This document shows positions 43,150-53,367 of a stretch of DNA of 64,000 nt, piece by piece. The first letter of the stretch is position 1. The number at the start of each line of letters is the position of its first letter. Both the position numbers and the translations under genes were made by a program. The stretch is taken from the NCBI GenBank assembly GCA_946965045.2, contig OX337236.1, positions 620,001 to 684,000 on the forward strand. The letters are read 5' to 3'. This DNA is from Epithemia pelagica (taxonomy: Eukaryota; Protista; Bacillariophyta). The notes under the pieces are model-generated. The model saw only the letters and a list, made by a program, of their open reading frames with translations. It was not told the origin of the DNA and searched no databases.

Positions 43150-44760
43150 ATGAGTGAAAGGAGAGAGGCATTGCCATTGTCGTCGGATCCCACTTCCACT
43201 TCCACTGGTGGTGGTGGTGGTCATCCTCGTCGCAATCTAGGACGATCGGCTCGTCGTCGACGAAAAAAGCACTTGGAATTGGAACAACTCGAACGGTCCC
43301 TGTTGTTGTTGGGAGGAACGACGACGACGGCGCCCAACGACGACAAGAAGACGAAGGAGGTCCGCCACGAATTATTGTCGGGGTCATCCTCCTTGTCTGT
43401 CGATCGCCACTGGGGTGGATCTCGTATTGCTCACTTGCGACACGAACGACCCACACAATGGAAGTCACCGCAAGATCCAGTCGCCTTGCAACGTCAATTG
43501 GGCTATGTCCCTGGCAATGCCATTGCCGTTGCCACACGGCTGCAAGATTTGTATCCCTCCTCCCCGAACAATAACAACAACAACAGTCGTCACGGTCCTC
43601 CTCCTCTTTTATGGCCAACTACTACGAATAGCAGCGATTCCGCCTCGTCCCAACAACCGTTTCAATTGCTGGCCACGGATACTCCCGAAACACCCGTTGT
43701 AGTCCAATTGTATCCCTTGGCATGGCGCAAGGAACATGGTGGAGGTAAGGCTCAAGGATGCTCGTTCAAGAGTCGCAAACGAAAACGATGGCAACAACAG
43801 CCTTTGGATGACAACAACAAGAACAACAGCAAGACTGGTAAGGAGGAGGACGATACCTGCCATTCCACAAAAGAGACAGATGCAGGAAACGACAACGACG
43901 ACGACAACCATAATGTACCGGTCCAGGGTACAACGTCCAACGATTCGAGCGTCCCGGACCATGAAACGGACGACCCTCCCTACAATGACCAGGAAACTAC
44001 TACTCCTACGAATACTAATAGTAGTACCGTGGTGGTGGTGGAACCCTTTCCGACCATGTATTGGTTGACGCATCCCTTGCTCAAAGTGTGGGTCTCCCAA
44101 TTAGAAGTCCAAGGGATGGGTGTGGAATTTCAAGAACGATTGAATCAAGACGAACCCAGTTTGCAGCGCATGTATCGCGCCCATCAAGCCTATGGACACG
44201 AACGGTTGCAACTCCTTCTTCTCCCTACTACCACTCCTCCTCCACTGATGGTATCGTCGTCGTTGCAACAACCACAAGAAGAAAAAGAGGGAGAACCAGA
44301 GGGAGAACCTACGGACCGACGACAAACTGCTCACGAAAAGGACCAGGACAATGGTATGTCACCTCCCAATGGTTCTTCCTCTGCCCACAATGACAGAATC
44401 ACCCATCCCAACAACCCAATCACCCACCAACAGCAGCAGCAACAAGAACAACCACAAGCAGAAACGGAGGACGACCATCCGGACGAATCGATTCGTCGTC
44501 GTTGGTCCAGTCGTTTGGAGAATTTGGGCATTGCGGGGATTCGGAATTTTGCCGCCGTCAAGTGTTTGCATGCTCATTGTGCGCATGTCCTGAGTGGAGG
44601 AGCGGGAAGTCAGGACAATGTGGTGGGACACTGGGTCGTGGAAGCCCTCCGACAACGAATACTCCAACAACAAACACAAGCACGAGCACAAACGGGCGTC
44701 GTCGTCGAGGCCCCGGTTCACACGACGACGACGACGACGACGAACAAAGCCAACCCATAG
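43150..44760 (+). CDS. DUF501-family protein with long low-complexity insertions, about 536 aa
   Basis: RQLGYVPGN, PVVVQLYPL, EPFPTMYWLTHP, GIAGIR..VKCLHAHCAH, NVVG. Probable start MSERRE at 43150. Confidence 0.8.
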   Translation: MSERREALPLSSDPTSTSTGGGGGHPRRNLGRSARRRRKKHLELEQLERSLLLLGGTTTTAPNDDKKTKEVRHELLSGSSSLSVDRHWGGSRIAHLRHERPTQWKSPQDPVALQRQLGYVPGNAIAVATRLQDLYPSSPNNNNNNSRHGPPPLLWPTTTNSSDSASSQQPFQLLATDTPETPVVVQLYPLAWRKEHGGGKAQGCSFKSRKRKRWQQQPLDDNNKNNSKTGKEEDDTCHSTKETDAGNDNDDDNHNVPVQGTTSNDSSVPDHETDDPPYNDQETTTPTNTNSSTVVVVEPFPTMYWLTHPLLKVWVSQLEVQGMGVEFQERLNQDEPSLQRMYRAHQAYGHERLQLLLLPTTTPPPLMVSSSLQQPQEEKEGEPEGEPTDRRQTAHEKDQDNGMSPPNGSSSAHNDRITHPNNPITHQQQQQQEQPQAETEDDHPDESIRRRWSSRLENLGIAGIRNFAAVKCLHAHCAHVLSGGAGSQDNVVGHWVVEALRQRILQQQTQARAQTGVVVEAPVHTTTTTTTNKANP

Positions 44761-44995
44761 TTCTAGAGAGAATTCCATGTGCATCTCGTAACTCACAGTT
44801 TCCAAAACTTGGACGTTATAGAAAGAGCAGACACACCTAATAGCCATATCAAGCGTCAACTTTCTCTATCGTCATTAGGTCGCTTTTGAGTAGCTTTTGA
44901 GAGATGGCACGAAGCGTGACACTCGAACAATCACAATGACACTAAAGCCGCAGCGCCCTTCCGATGTAAGAGACTCGAGACCATGAGATGACAGA

Positions 44996-45283
44996 ATGAG
45001 ACGAGATACGGTATCCTACAACAAGCATCGGGGTCTCTACCAGTACTCATATCCTCGTGCCCCCACACCGTCCCACTGGACAGCCCGACTGTTTTCCTCG
45101 TCGTTCCATCCGTCATTCCAGTATCAGCAGCAGCCGCAGCAATATCGATTCCCTCGTCCAACAGCCAAGCAGAACTACCACCACAGCACTTGCGTACGGT
45201 TCTTTTCCAGCTCTTAAAACGTGTCCGCGTACGAAAAGGCAAGTCCTTTGGGTTGCTGGTTTTGATTTGGGCCGTGTACTATG
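44996..45283 (+). pseudogene. 5' part (signal anchor) of a GT90 gene cut by element B; start codon uncertain
   Basis: Frame LLKRVRVRKGKSFGLLVLIWAVYY continues into 51473 as GTVHSWVYRL once the element and one TSD copy are removed. The nearest ATG (44996) is in another frame; a 45011-45210 intron would restore it but is speculative. Confidence 0.6.
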
Positions 45284-45498
45284 TGTGAGGTTATGCGCGA
45301 TATCCCCGGGATCTCACCCAGGACTTTATGCTGACGCAATCTACTCTTCATCAGAGACTCCTCTTTCATGCAATACACAAGACTCATTTAGGAACGACCC
45401 ATCCATCGAAATTATCCGCGAATATTATTTCATACGATCAAATTAGGAATAACTAAAGTCATTAGTAAACTCACAATTTCGAAAACATACAGATCTCA
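45284..45498 (+). repeat. 5' LTR of element B (215 bp)
   Basis: Identical by eye to 51253-51467. Confidence 0.97.
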
Positions 45499-45511
45499 GG
45501 TTATGAGCCCA
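45499..45511 (+). promoter_or_regulatory. Primer-binding site GGTTATGAGCCCA, complementary to the anticodon arm of initiator tRNA-Met (half-tRNA priming)
   Basis: Complement is UGGG CUCAUAA CC, directly after the LTR CA; same type as Drosophila copia. Confidence 0.85.
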
Positions 45512-45632
45512 AGTGTATTGCTCTGTTTGAATGGCCGTTTGACTGAGTAACTACGCGTTAACCTCGTTTTTAAGTTGTCTTTGAAATTGCTAAGTTCTCA
45601 CCATTGTTACCACTCGGTTTCAAGCTCAAGCA

Positions 45633-46970
45633 ATGGATGCTGAAGCTGCTAACGCTTTGGCTCAAGCCATTCAGGCTCTCGCAGCTGCGATTCCTGGTCC
45701 TCCTCCCGCAGCGGCCGCTGCTCCCGACATGGTTTCCCCGTACGAGGGAGGCACACTTGACCTCACGTCTCGCACAGGCACTGGCTTGTTCCGCGCTGGA
45801 TGTGACCCGCTGGACAGCAAGTTCACCGGGAAAGTTGAAGATCTACATCTATTCCTAGCCGACCTACGTACTCGCGTTGAAACCTGCCATTGGAATTCGG
45901 CGACTCACGGAATTTTGGATGTTGCAGTTGGTGGTACGACCTTCAAGTTACTCGACGATTACGGAAAAGTGACCGAAGCTCAAGTTGAAGCTGCTCGTAT
46001 CACGCGCTCTACTGCGTCACACCGTACAAAACAAAACGCTCAAATGATGTACGAATGCCTCATGGCATCCATCACCGACGAAGCCAAGTCCGCCCTTGCA
46101 TCACGTGGTGACGTCGATTTCAATAATGATGGACCCAAGCTCTTCTACCACTTAGTGTCCGAGCTTTTCACTGCGACATTCTCCAACGCACAAGCTACGA
46201 GAGATAAATTGTCCGAGTTTCACCCACGACGCTTTAAGTACGACGTAACCCAAGTGAACAATTTCATCCGTTCAGCCATCAAGACCTTGAAGGCTGCCTC
46301 TGCGACTGGTGGATCTATTACCGATCAAGAAATCTTGTATTTCCAATTCAAGGCCTATAAGAAAATCAAGGCTCCTGCAGAATGGACGTCTCACATTTTG
46401 TTTTTGGAGGCCAAAGCGTCCAGCACTCCAACCTACGCTCCAGATACGCTCTACAACGAAGCGCAAGCCAAATACAACAACTTGGTGAATTCTGGACTCT
46501 GGAAACCGTCCGATAAAACACCAGAGGAGCAAACCTTGGCAATGGTTGCTCAACAATCCAACAAGTCGTCTTCTGGTACCAAGTCAAACAAGCGCAAAGC
46601 GGAATCCAAGACCTCAGACGGCGACAAAGATAAGAAACAGCCTCCTTTTGCTCATAAGGATGGCCAACTCGGTGATTCTAAAGAATGGAATGGGAAAACC
46701 TACTACTGGTGCCCAGCGAACCACAAATACTCCCATTGGCACACGCACAAGGTAGAGGATTGCAACACCTACAAAAAGATGAAAGCTGGAGGCAGTGGCA
46801 AAAAGAAGGAAGCACCTAAAAAGCAAATTGGTTCCGGTGTGGCTGCCGAAGTTGCTGTCGATGTGGACAAGCTCAAAAAGGGAATGGCCGCAATCCTTCC
46901 TGGTGGTGAGTTTGATACTGATGATTTGGCCGATGCTCTTGCAGCCATCATCAAGAATGGCAGTGAATGA
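45633..46970 (+). CDS. gag: Gag of element B, 445 aa
   Basis: ATG-TGA ORF after the PBS, with a C-terminal Cys/His cluster YWCPANHKYSHWHTHKVEDC. Confidence 0.9.
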   Translation: MDAEAANALAQAIQALAAAIPGPPPAAAAAPDMVSPYEGGTLDLTSRTGTGLFRAGCDPLDSKFTGKVEDLHLFLADLRTRVETCHWNSATHGILDVAVGGTTFKLLDDYGKVTEAQVEAARITRSTASHRTKQNAQMMYECLMASITDEAKSALASRGDVDFNNDGPKLFYHLVSELFTATFSNAQATRDKLSEFHPRRFKYDVTQVNNFIRSAIKTLKAASATGGSITDQEILYFQFKAYKKIKAPAEWTSHILFLEAKASSTPTYAPDTLYNEAQAKYNNLVNSGLWKPSDKTPEEQTLAMVAQQSNKSSSGTKSNKRKAESKTSDGDKDKKQPPFAHKDGQLGDSKEWNGKTYYWCPANHKYSHWHTHKVEDCNTYKKMKAGGSGKKKEAPKKQIGSGVAAEVAVDVDKLKKGMAAILPGGEFDTDDLADALAAIIKNGSE

Positions 46971-47058
46971 CTGCTACCCTCATGGGATGCATTCATGGCA
47001 TTTTGGCCGTTTGTTGTTTTTCTTACGATCAAAATGAGTATTGTCGCGTTCCATGAGG
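46968..47058 (+). promoter_or_regulatory. Putative gag-pol readthrough signal: UGA-CUG, 7-nt spacer, extended stem-loop
   Basis: 46978-46990 CCUCAUGGGAUGC pairs with 47046-47058 GCGUUCCAUGAGG (13 bp, 2 GU); inner helices AUUCAU/AUGAGU and UUUGGCCGU/ACGAUCAAA. Confidence 0.7.
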
Positions 47059-50000
47059 TTCTGTCATGGGTCAAGTGGATTGGGAAACTTTTCTCCGCTC
47101 GGACCAAACCATTCAAAGTCGCCAACAAGCCTTTTCGGCGTCGTCCGCCCCGAACTCGAATCCACAAATCAAGCGTGGGCCACCGTCTTCCAGTTGATAT
47201 CACCATCAAATTGCCCCGTATATTGTTATGTCTCGCGGTGCTACAAATTGACCAAAAGATTCGGTGGATTGTTGTAAATCAATTGCCGCAACCTGGCAAA
47301 ACCAAGTCCTTCCATTTCGCTGACATCGATTGTTGTATCGAAACATCACGAATTCGAGGGAGAACCAAAAAGAAGTCGTTCTTCCGCCAAGCTCAACAAC
47401 TGATATCCCTCTTCACCTTAAACAAAAATCTGTTAGTTGACTTGGCCATGAATGGAACGAATGTACAAGGCCAAGACGACAAACCTCGTACCTCCATATT
47501 CGATTCCGATGCCGACAAGTTCCTGATCGACTCAGGAGCGTCACACCATTTGTGGAAACAACGCAAAGCTTTCTCCTCCTATCGTTTGCTGACAAGAGAA
47601 GAAAGAAAACAAGAAGCATTGCTGGGAGTGAATGGCGAAACTGTCATGCCTCTTGGAATAGGCACAGTCCCCCTCAAGTTAGAAGACGATCTCAACGACA
47701 TCCATGTTATCGAATTAAGAGATGTACGGCACTTACCTTCTGCCCCACTCAATATCATGGTCCCACAAGTCTTTGTGCGCCAGCGTCGCGAGGAAGGAGA
47801 CACTCGTGCTCGATGCTCCATCGACGATTCATGCATTGAGTTAGAATGGTTGAGTACAAAGGATCAAGTGGTGAGCAAATACGTACCACTCAACAAGAAC
47901 AACGTCGGTATGTGTTTTACCGCCCCTGGTTTTCGTCATTTCCGTGCCTTCATGGCTCTGGCAATGCCTGCCAATCAGATCTCAGACTCAGAAGACGAAG
48001 ATGATCCTGAGCGTCCGCCTCCTGATCCTCCGCCCGACGATGAAAATAAAGAGCCACAGCCGATCCATCCAATCCGGTCGCCACCATCCGAGGGAGTGAC
48101 CACCGATTTCACCACGGATCCAAATGTCCTGCCACCCATAGTGGAAGACGAACCATTATTGCGCTCAGACCAAGACCTCCTGATGCAATATCACGAGCGA
48201 TTGGGTCATTGCTCTTTTCAACAACTGAAACAATTGGCAGAAAAAGGCGTGATCCCAAAACGGTTAGCAAAGGTTGCGCCTCCCAAATGCCCCAGCTGCC
48301 TTTATGGGAAAGCGCACAAGAAACCTTGGCGCACTCACAAGGTGGATCCAAAGATTCGCACATCAACTGTCCCTGGCGCAGTCGTGAGTATGGACCAGTT
48401 GGAATCCCCAGTCCCTGGTCTCGTACCAATAGGAAAGGGTCAACCAACCAAGAAACGATTCAAAGGAGCAACGGTGTTTGTTGACCATGCCTCCGATTTG
48501 ACTTACGTGCATTTAATGCACGGCCTTACCACCGAAGAAACCTTGGAAGCAAAACACGAGTTCGAAAGATTCGCGCAACGGCATGGTGTTACCGTCCAGC
48601 ATTATCATTGTGACAATGGACGATTCGCAGATAAGGAGTTTATCAACGATGTCAAAAACGCACTCCAAACAATTTCTTTCTGTGGCGTGGGAGCCCACCA
48701 CCAGAATGGGATCGCGGAAAGGCGAATTCGCGACCTCACCGAAAGCGCGAGAACGATGATTCTTCATGCTGCTCACAGATGGCCGAAAACCATCACAGCA
48801 AACTTGTGGCCACAAGCGGTAAAGCATGCGACGAACATTCGCAATGCACTCCCACGCAACAACAAAACAAAATCTCCCATCTCCATCTTTTCAAACTCTG
48901 ATGTGGAACCAAACACTAAACACTTCCATCCTTTTGGTTGCCCCGTTTATGTGCTCCAAGCTCCACTCCAGACAGGAAGCCCTCACCCCAAATGGGCAGA
49001 ACGATCTCGAGTCGGTGTATTGTTGTGTCACTCGCCCCATCATGCTGCTTCTGTTCCTCTCATCTTGTCTACGCAAACTGGGCTCGTAAGCCCACAGTTC
49101 CATTGCGTGTATGACGACAAATTCGAGACGGTGAAGAACGAACAACATGATACAAGCATTTGGAAGCAAAAGGCGTTAGTGCACAAAGGAGATGAAAATA
49201 GATCTGACCATCTGATCTCGCGTCCCTTGCCACGACGATCACGCACACAGCAACAACAACGACAACAAGAATCCAACTTACCCAACTTTGGGAACAACAT
49301 CCCTCAAGCCTTGCTCGAATTACCCGATCTCTTGACGGGTACAATTTCGCAAATACCTGCTGACGATTCAGCTCCTCTTCCTGATACTGAACCCGAGCCA
49401 CAGATAGCTCCTGTTCCTCCAGAAGAGACTCCACAACCATACCCAGTGGACATTGCCCCCACAGGGCAAACAAGGACCGGTCGACAAGTGCGTCCTCCTT
49501 CCCGATTGTCGTTGATTGCGTACCATTGTTGTTTCATGGCTCAGGATGTGGCCAAGACTTTGGCCGACTATCATCCTTTGGCACTGCTGCAGATGATGAG
49601 CACCGCCGCCATCAAGCCCGATGTTATGCCCTTGCATATCGCTCTCCAACAAGAAGATTGCGATAAGTTCATCCAGGCCATGGTGAAGGAACTCAAGCAG
49701 CACGCCGAATTGAAGCATTGGAAGATTGTGCATAAGGCTCAAGTTCCGCCCAACGCAAAACCAATCCCCATGGTTTGGTCGTTTATGCGCAAAAAGGACC
49801 CAGCTGGAGCAATCATCAAATGGAAAGCTCGCCTCTGTGCTGGAGGCCACAAACAGGTTTTTGGTGACACCTACTGGTCCACCTTTTCCCCTGTTGTTGC
49901 ATGGCCAACCGTCCGGTGCATCTTCATCCTGGCGTTGATTTTGGGATGGGACATGCGATCAATCGACTTCATTATGGCATATACTCAAGCCAAGGTGAAG

Positions 50001-51257
50001 ACAGACATCTTCATGCAATTGCCAAAAGGTACAACCTTGCCTGGTCTTGACCCGAATAAACACTTGTTGAAACTCCAACAAAACTTGTATGGCTTGAAAG
50101 ACGGCCAAGTGACTTGGCATGAGCATATAAAGGATGGACTCCTCAAGCAAGGATTCAAACAATCCAACGTTGATCCCTGTCTCTTCACAAAGGGCGTCGT
50201 TCTTCTCGTCCTGTATATTGACGACGCAGCCTTCTTCTCTCCGGATCCGAAAGCCATCGACCAAGAAGTAGCACTGCTTCAAAAGTCCTTTGACCTAACA
50301 GATGATGGGCCACTGTTGGACTATCTTGGAGCTCGATTCATTCGACACGAAGATGGGCGCGTTGAATTGCAACAACAGAAGTCAATCGACAACTGCTTGA
50401 ATCATCTTGGTCTGGGCCTCTCTCAAGAAAATGTCAAAATGCATGACACTCCAGCCGAAGCCAATAAGATCCTACACGCGGATTCTGATGGCCCCACTCG
50501 GAAGCAAGACTGGAACTACCGTGCTGTGATTGGTTCCCTCAATTATCTTCAAGCTATGTCCCGCCCGGATCTATCCTATGCTGTACATCAATGTGCTAGG
50601 TTCTGTAACGATCCTAAGCTATCCCATGAGGTTGCAGTCAAACGAATTTGCCGCTATCTACGTGCGACCCGTGATAAAGGTCTGTTTTTCCGACCGAATG
50701 TTCGCGAAGGATTCAAGTGCTACGTGGATGCTGATTGGGCTGGTAATTGGAACAAAAACAGGCCCAACGACCCTGCTGGTGCGCTCTCGCGCACAGGCTA
50801 CGTTATTATGTACGCCGGTTGTCCGTTGGTATGGGGATCCAAGATGCAATCATTGGTAGCGCTTAGCACAACCGAAGCAGAGATTATTGCCCTCTCAACA
50901 GCCCTACGCGAAGTCATTCATCTCCAGAATCTCTTAGAAGAATTACGTGACTCTGGATTTCCTATTCCCTTCTCCAAGGCACAAGTTCAATGTCGCACTT
51001 TCGAAGACAACGCTGCTTGTATAGAAGTTGCTACGTCAGAGCCTAAGATTCGACCACGAACCAAGCATCTTGCCGTCCGTCTTTTTCACTTCCGCAGTCA
51101 TGTTGAAAATGGGCGTATTGCCATCGAACATGTGCCCTCCCAGGACCAATTGGCTGATATCTTTACCAAACCATTACCTCGGGATTCGTTTCGCCGTTTA
51201 CGGGATCGATTGCTTAATTGGTCTCCCGATCCGATTCCGCAGCACGAGGGAGTGTGA
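46971..51257 (+). CDS. pol: Pol of element B (PR-IN-RT-RH), in frame with gag from the codon after the UGA; first ATG at 46995
   Basis: FLIDSGASHH; HERLGH..CPSC; DQLES, DNGRF, QNGIAERRIR; KARLCAGGH, LYGLKD, YIDD; YVDADWAG, ALSTTEAE. The stop lies inside the 3' LTR. Confidence 0.96.
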   Translation: MLPSWDAFMAFWPFVVFLTIKMSIVAFHEVLSWVKWIGKLFSARTKPFKVANKPFRRRPPRTRIHKSSVGHRLPVDITIKLPRILLCLAVLQIDQKIRWIVVNQLPQPGKTKSFHFADIDCCIETSRIRGRTKKKSFFRQAQQLISLFTLNKNLLVDLAMNGTNVQGQDDKPRTSIFDSDADKFLIDSGASHHLWKQRKAFSSYRLLTREERKQEALLGVNGETVMPLGIGTVPLKLEDDLNDIHVIELRDVRHLPSAPLNIMVPQVFVRQRREEGDTRARCSIDDSCIELEWLSTKDQVVSKYVPLNKNNVGMCFTAPGFRHFRAFMALAMPANQISDSEDEDDPERPPPDPPPDDENKEPQPIHPIRSPPSEGVTTDFTTDPNVLPPIVEDEPLLRSDQDLLMQYHERLGHCSFQQLKQLAEKGVIPKRLAKVAPPKCPSCLYGKAHKKPWRTHKVDPKIRTSTVPGAVVSMDQLESPVPGLVPIGKGQPTKKRFKGATVFVDHASDLTYVHLMHGLTTEETLEAKHEFERFAQRHGVTVQHYHCDNGRFADKEFINDVKNALQTISFCGVGAHHQNGIAERRIRDLTESARTMILHAAHRWPKTITANLWPQAVKHATNIRNALPRNNKTKSPISIFSNSDVEPNTKHFHPFGCPVYVLQAPLQTGSPHPKWAERSRVGVLLCHSPHHAASVPLILSTQTGLVSPQFHCVYDDKFETVKNEQHDTSIWKQKALVHKGDENRSDHLISRPLPRRSRTQQQQRQQESNLPNFGNNIPQALLELPDLLTGTISQIPADDSAPLPDTEPEPQIAPVPPEETPQPYPVDIAPTGQTRTGRQVRPPSRLSLIAYHCCFMAQDVAKTLADYHPLALLQMMSTAAIKPDVMPLHIALQQEDCDKFIQAMVKELKQHAELKHWKIVHKAQVPPNAKPIPMVWSFMRKKDPAGAIIKWKARLCAGGHKQVFGDTYWSTFSPVVAWPTVRCIFILALILGWDMRSIDFIMAYTQAKVKTDIFMQLPKGTTLPGLDPNKHLLKLQQNLYGLKDGQVTWHEHIKDGLLKQGFKQSNVDPCLFTKGVVLLVLYIDDAAFFSPDPKAIDQEVALLQKSFDLTDDGPLLDYLGARFIRHEDGRVELQQQKSIDNCLNHLGLGLSQENVKMHDTPAEANKILHADSDGPTRKQDWNYRAVIGSLNYLQAMSRPDLSYAVHQCARFCNDPKLSHEVAVKRICRYLRATRDKGLFFRPNVREGFKCYVDADWAGNWNKNRPNDPAGALSRTGYVIMYAGCPLVWGSKMQSLVALSTTEAEIIALSTALREVIHLQNLLEELRDSGFPIPFSKAQVQCRTFEDNAACIEVATSEPKIRPRTKHLAVRLFHFRSHVENGRIAIEHVPSQDQLADIFTKPLPRDSFRRLRDRLLNWSPDPIPQHEGV

Positions 51258-51467
51258 GGTTATGCGCGATATCCCCGGGATCTCACCCAGGACTTTATGC
51301 TGACGCAATCTACTCTTCATCAGAGACTCCTCTTTCATGCAATACACAAGACTCATTTAGGAACGACCCATCCATCGAAATTATCCGCGAATATTATTTC
51401 ATACGATCAAATTAGGAATAACTAAAGTCATTAGTAAACTCACAATTTCGAAAACATACAGATCTCA
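51253..51467 (+). repeat. 3' LTR of element B (215 bp)
   Basis: Identical to 45284-45498. Confidence 0.97.
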
Positions 51468-53086
51468 CTATGGGACCGTTCACTCCTGGGTGTACCGTTT
51501 GTATTCCAGTTCAAGCAGCAGCAGCAGTGCCGAGACCGAGCATACTGTCCCTTTTCCCACAGCCGGAGACCTTTTTCTTTTGGACAGTTTGGCACACAAT
51601 CGATCGCAACGGTTTTCCTCTGTAGAAGAACGAGTTCGTGTCTACATGGGAGACTGGTATTGGCCACCCTGTCACCCCCACGACGATACCGTGGGATATG
51701 CCTATTCCGACGAGACACTCGAGGATGGAACCACCACGACAAGGACGACAAGTACTGTAGTATCATTGACACGACAACGATTTCACCATAGAAACAACGC
51801 AAGTGCACCGTTTTTTCGTCTCGTGGTACAGTCCAATCCAGCCTCGCGACAAGTCTTTTTGGCCCAACGACAGGACTTTGTGGGAACGGATGGGAGTAAC
51901 AATTCATTGGTCTGTACGCAACGCTTTCCAAACGACAAGCGCATTCAACGAGAATGTTCCGATGTCCAATCCTCCGTACCGGCACCCTTCCTGTATTCGG
52001 CAGTTCAGGACCACAACAACAACAACACGAGGATGAGTCGACAGGTTCCCATTTTGTTTCGATTTGGGGATCGTTCAGCCTATCAAACCATGCCCACCTT
52101 TCAAAAATGGCGACCCGTAACACTATCCGACACTGCTGCTGCTGCTGCTGCTGCTGCTGCAAGTGACGACAATAAGACACTGTGTCGAGCCCATGGTTCC
52201 AATCCTCCTACTGCTACTACGATTCCGAAAGCAAACGAGGAGGATGGTGTTGTATTGTTGCCACCCATTGTCTGGCGATTGAATTGGGCTCGTCATTTTG
52301 GTGCCATTGCCACGCTTTCTCATCACGATATTCCCTGGAACGCCAAACGCAACCAAGCCGTCTTTCGTGGCATCTTGTCCGGTTGGGGGGACGGCCCACC
52401 AACTACACATATCAATCCGCTCGCTCAGTGTCACGTTTATCCACGATGTCACTTGGTCTGGTTGTACCACAATTCGACTCTGGTCAATGCCAAATGAACG
52501 GGCATTCCCAAGAATCGAATCCAACCCTCCATCCACGGCGTGTCCTTGGTGGGTGACAAATTGTCCTTGGCACAACTCTTGCAATACAAAATGATTGTCT
52601 TTTTGGAAGGCAATGGTACGCACGCACACCGGAAAACCCGGCACTCTGCAATGCGGAGGGACCAAGTTGTTTTGGAATGCGTGGAGGGGCATGCTCATAG
52701 TACCTGGCGTTCTTCTCTCTCTTGTGTGTGTTTGTTGTTGTTGTTCGTTTCTTGTGTGTTTGCGTAGATTTGTCTTCTGGTGAAAGTGGGGATTGGTCTC
52801 GCGAAGTGTCGTCCTCATGCCTCCACCCACCAAATTGGGATGGGCCATGGAACACTTGCTGCAACCCTACGTGCATTATGTCCCCATTTGGGCCAATTGT
52901 TCCAATGTCGAACAACAAGTCCAATGGGTTTTGGATCATGACGACCAGGCCCAAGCCATTGCCCATCAAGGATCCCTGTGGATTCAAGACTTGGTCCTTC
53001 ATCCGCAGGCCGCCGCGGACGATCAAGCCATTTTTCGACTCGTGTTGCAACGCTATGCCCGGCATTTTCGGGCCACCGAACAATAA
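51468..53086 (+). pseudogene. GT90 (CAP10/KDELC-like) glycosyltransferase relic, 3' part; intron 52616-52767, nonsense TGA 52495-52497, frameshift near 52783
   Basis: FSSVEERVRVYMGDWY; AVFRG; LLQYKMIVFLEGN|D; SRSVVLMPPP..WAMEHLLQPYVHYVP. Confidence 0.85.
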
Positions 53087-53367
53087 AGACCAAGGCACGC
53101 TTCATTCAATGAAATGTTCCTTGTCCAGGACGTGGAACACGAACTCGTTTCAATTCTTCAGCACCAACCGAAAAGTGAGCGGCCCTGGATCTAACCCTCA
53201 CCAAGTGCTTCGGCAACCCTGAACATATACTAAAGAACAACAGCTTCACCAGCAACGAGAAGATGAAGTCAACTTCAGGTGAAAACAGAAAAACTAATGC
53301 GTTCGAATCTTAAATGGCAAAGAACCGCTTCCGGATCTGCAAGACAAAGAGTTGATGCATGTATCCA

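Larger units (their letters stand above)
45284..51467 (+). mobile_element. Complete Ty1/copia LTR retrotransposon, element B (resembles CoDiII), 6184 bp
   Basis: Identical 215-bp LTRs (TG...CA), 5-bp TSD CTATG (45279-45283 and 51468-51472), PBS, PPT GAGGGAG (51246-51252), gag plus pol. Confidence 0.98.

Noticed and set aside
45057-51415. ORFs 45057..45446 and 51218..51415 with identical C-termini
   Set aside because: Both simply read into the duplicated LTR.
38985-52497. Genome-wide UGA reassignment, suggested by four in-frame TGAs
   Set aside because: Several normal genes end in TGA (e.g. 2102, 6368) and Trp is TGG. The two host-gene TGAs have UGA-A context, and the GT90 gene has other lesions too.
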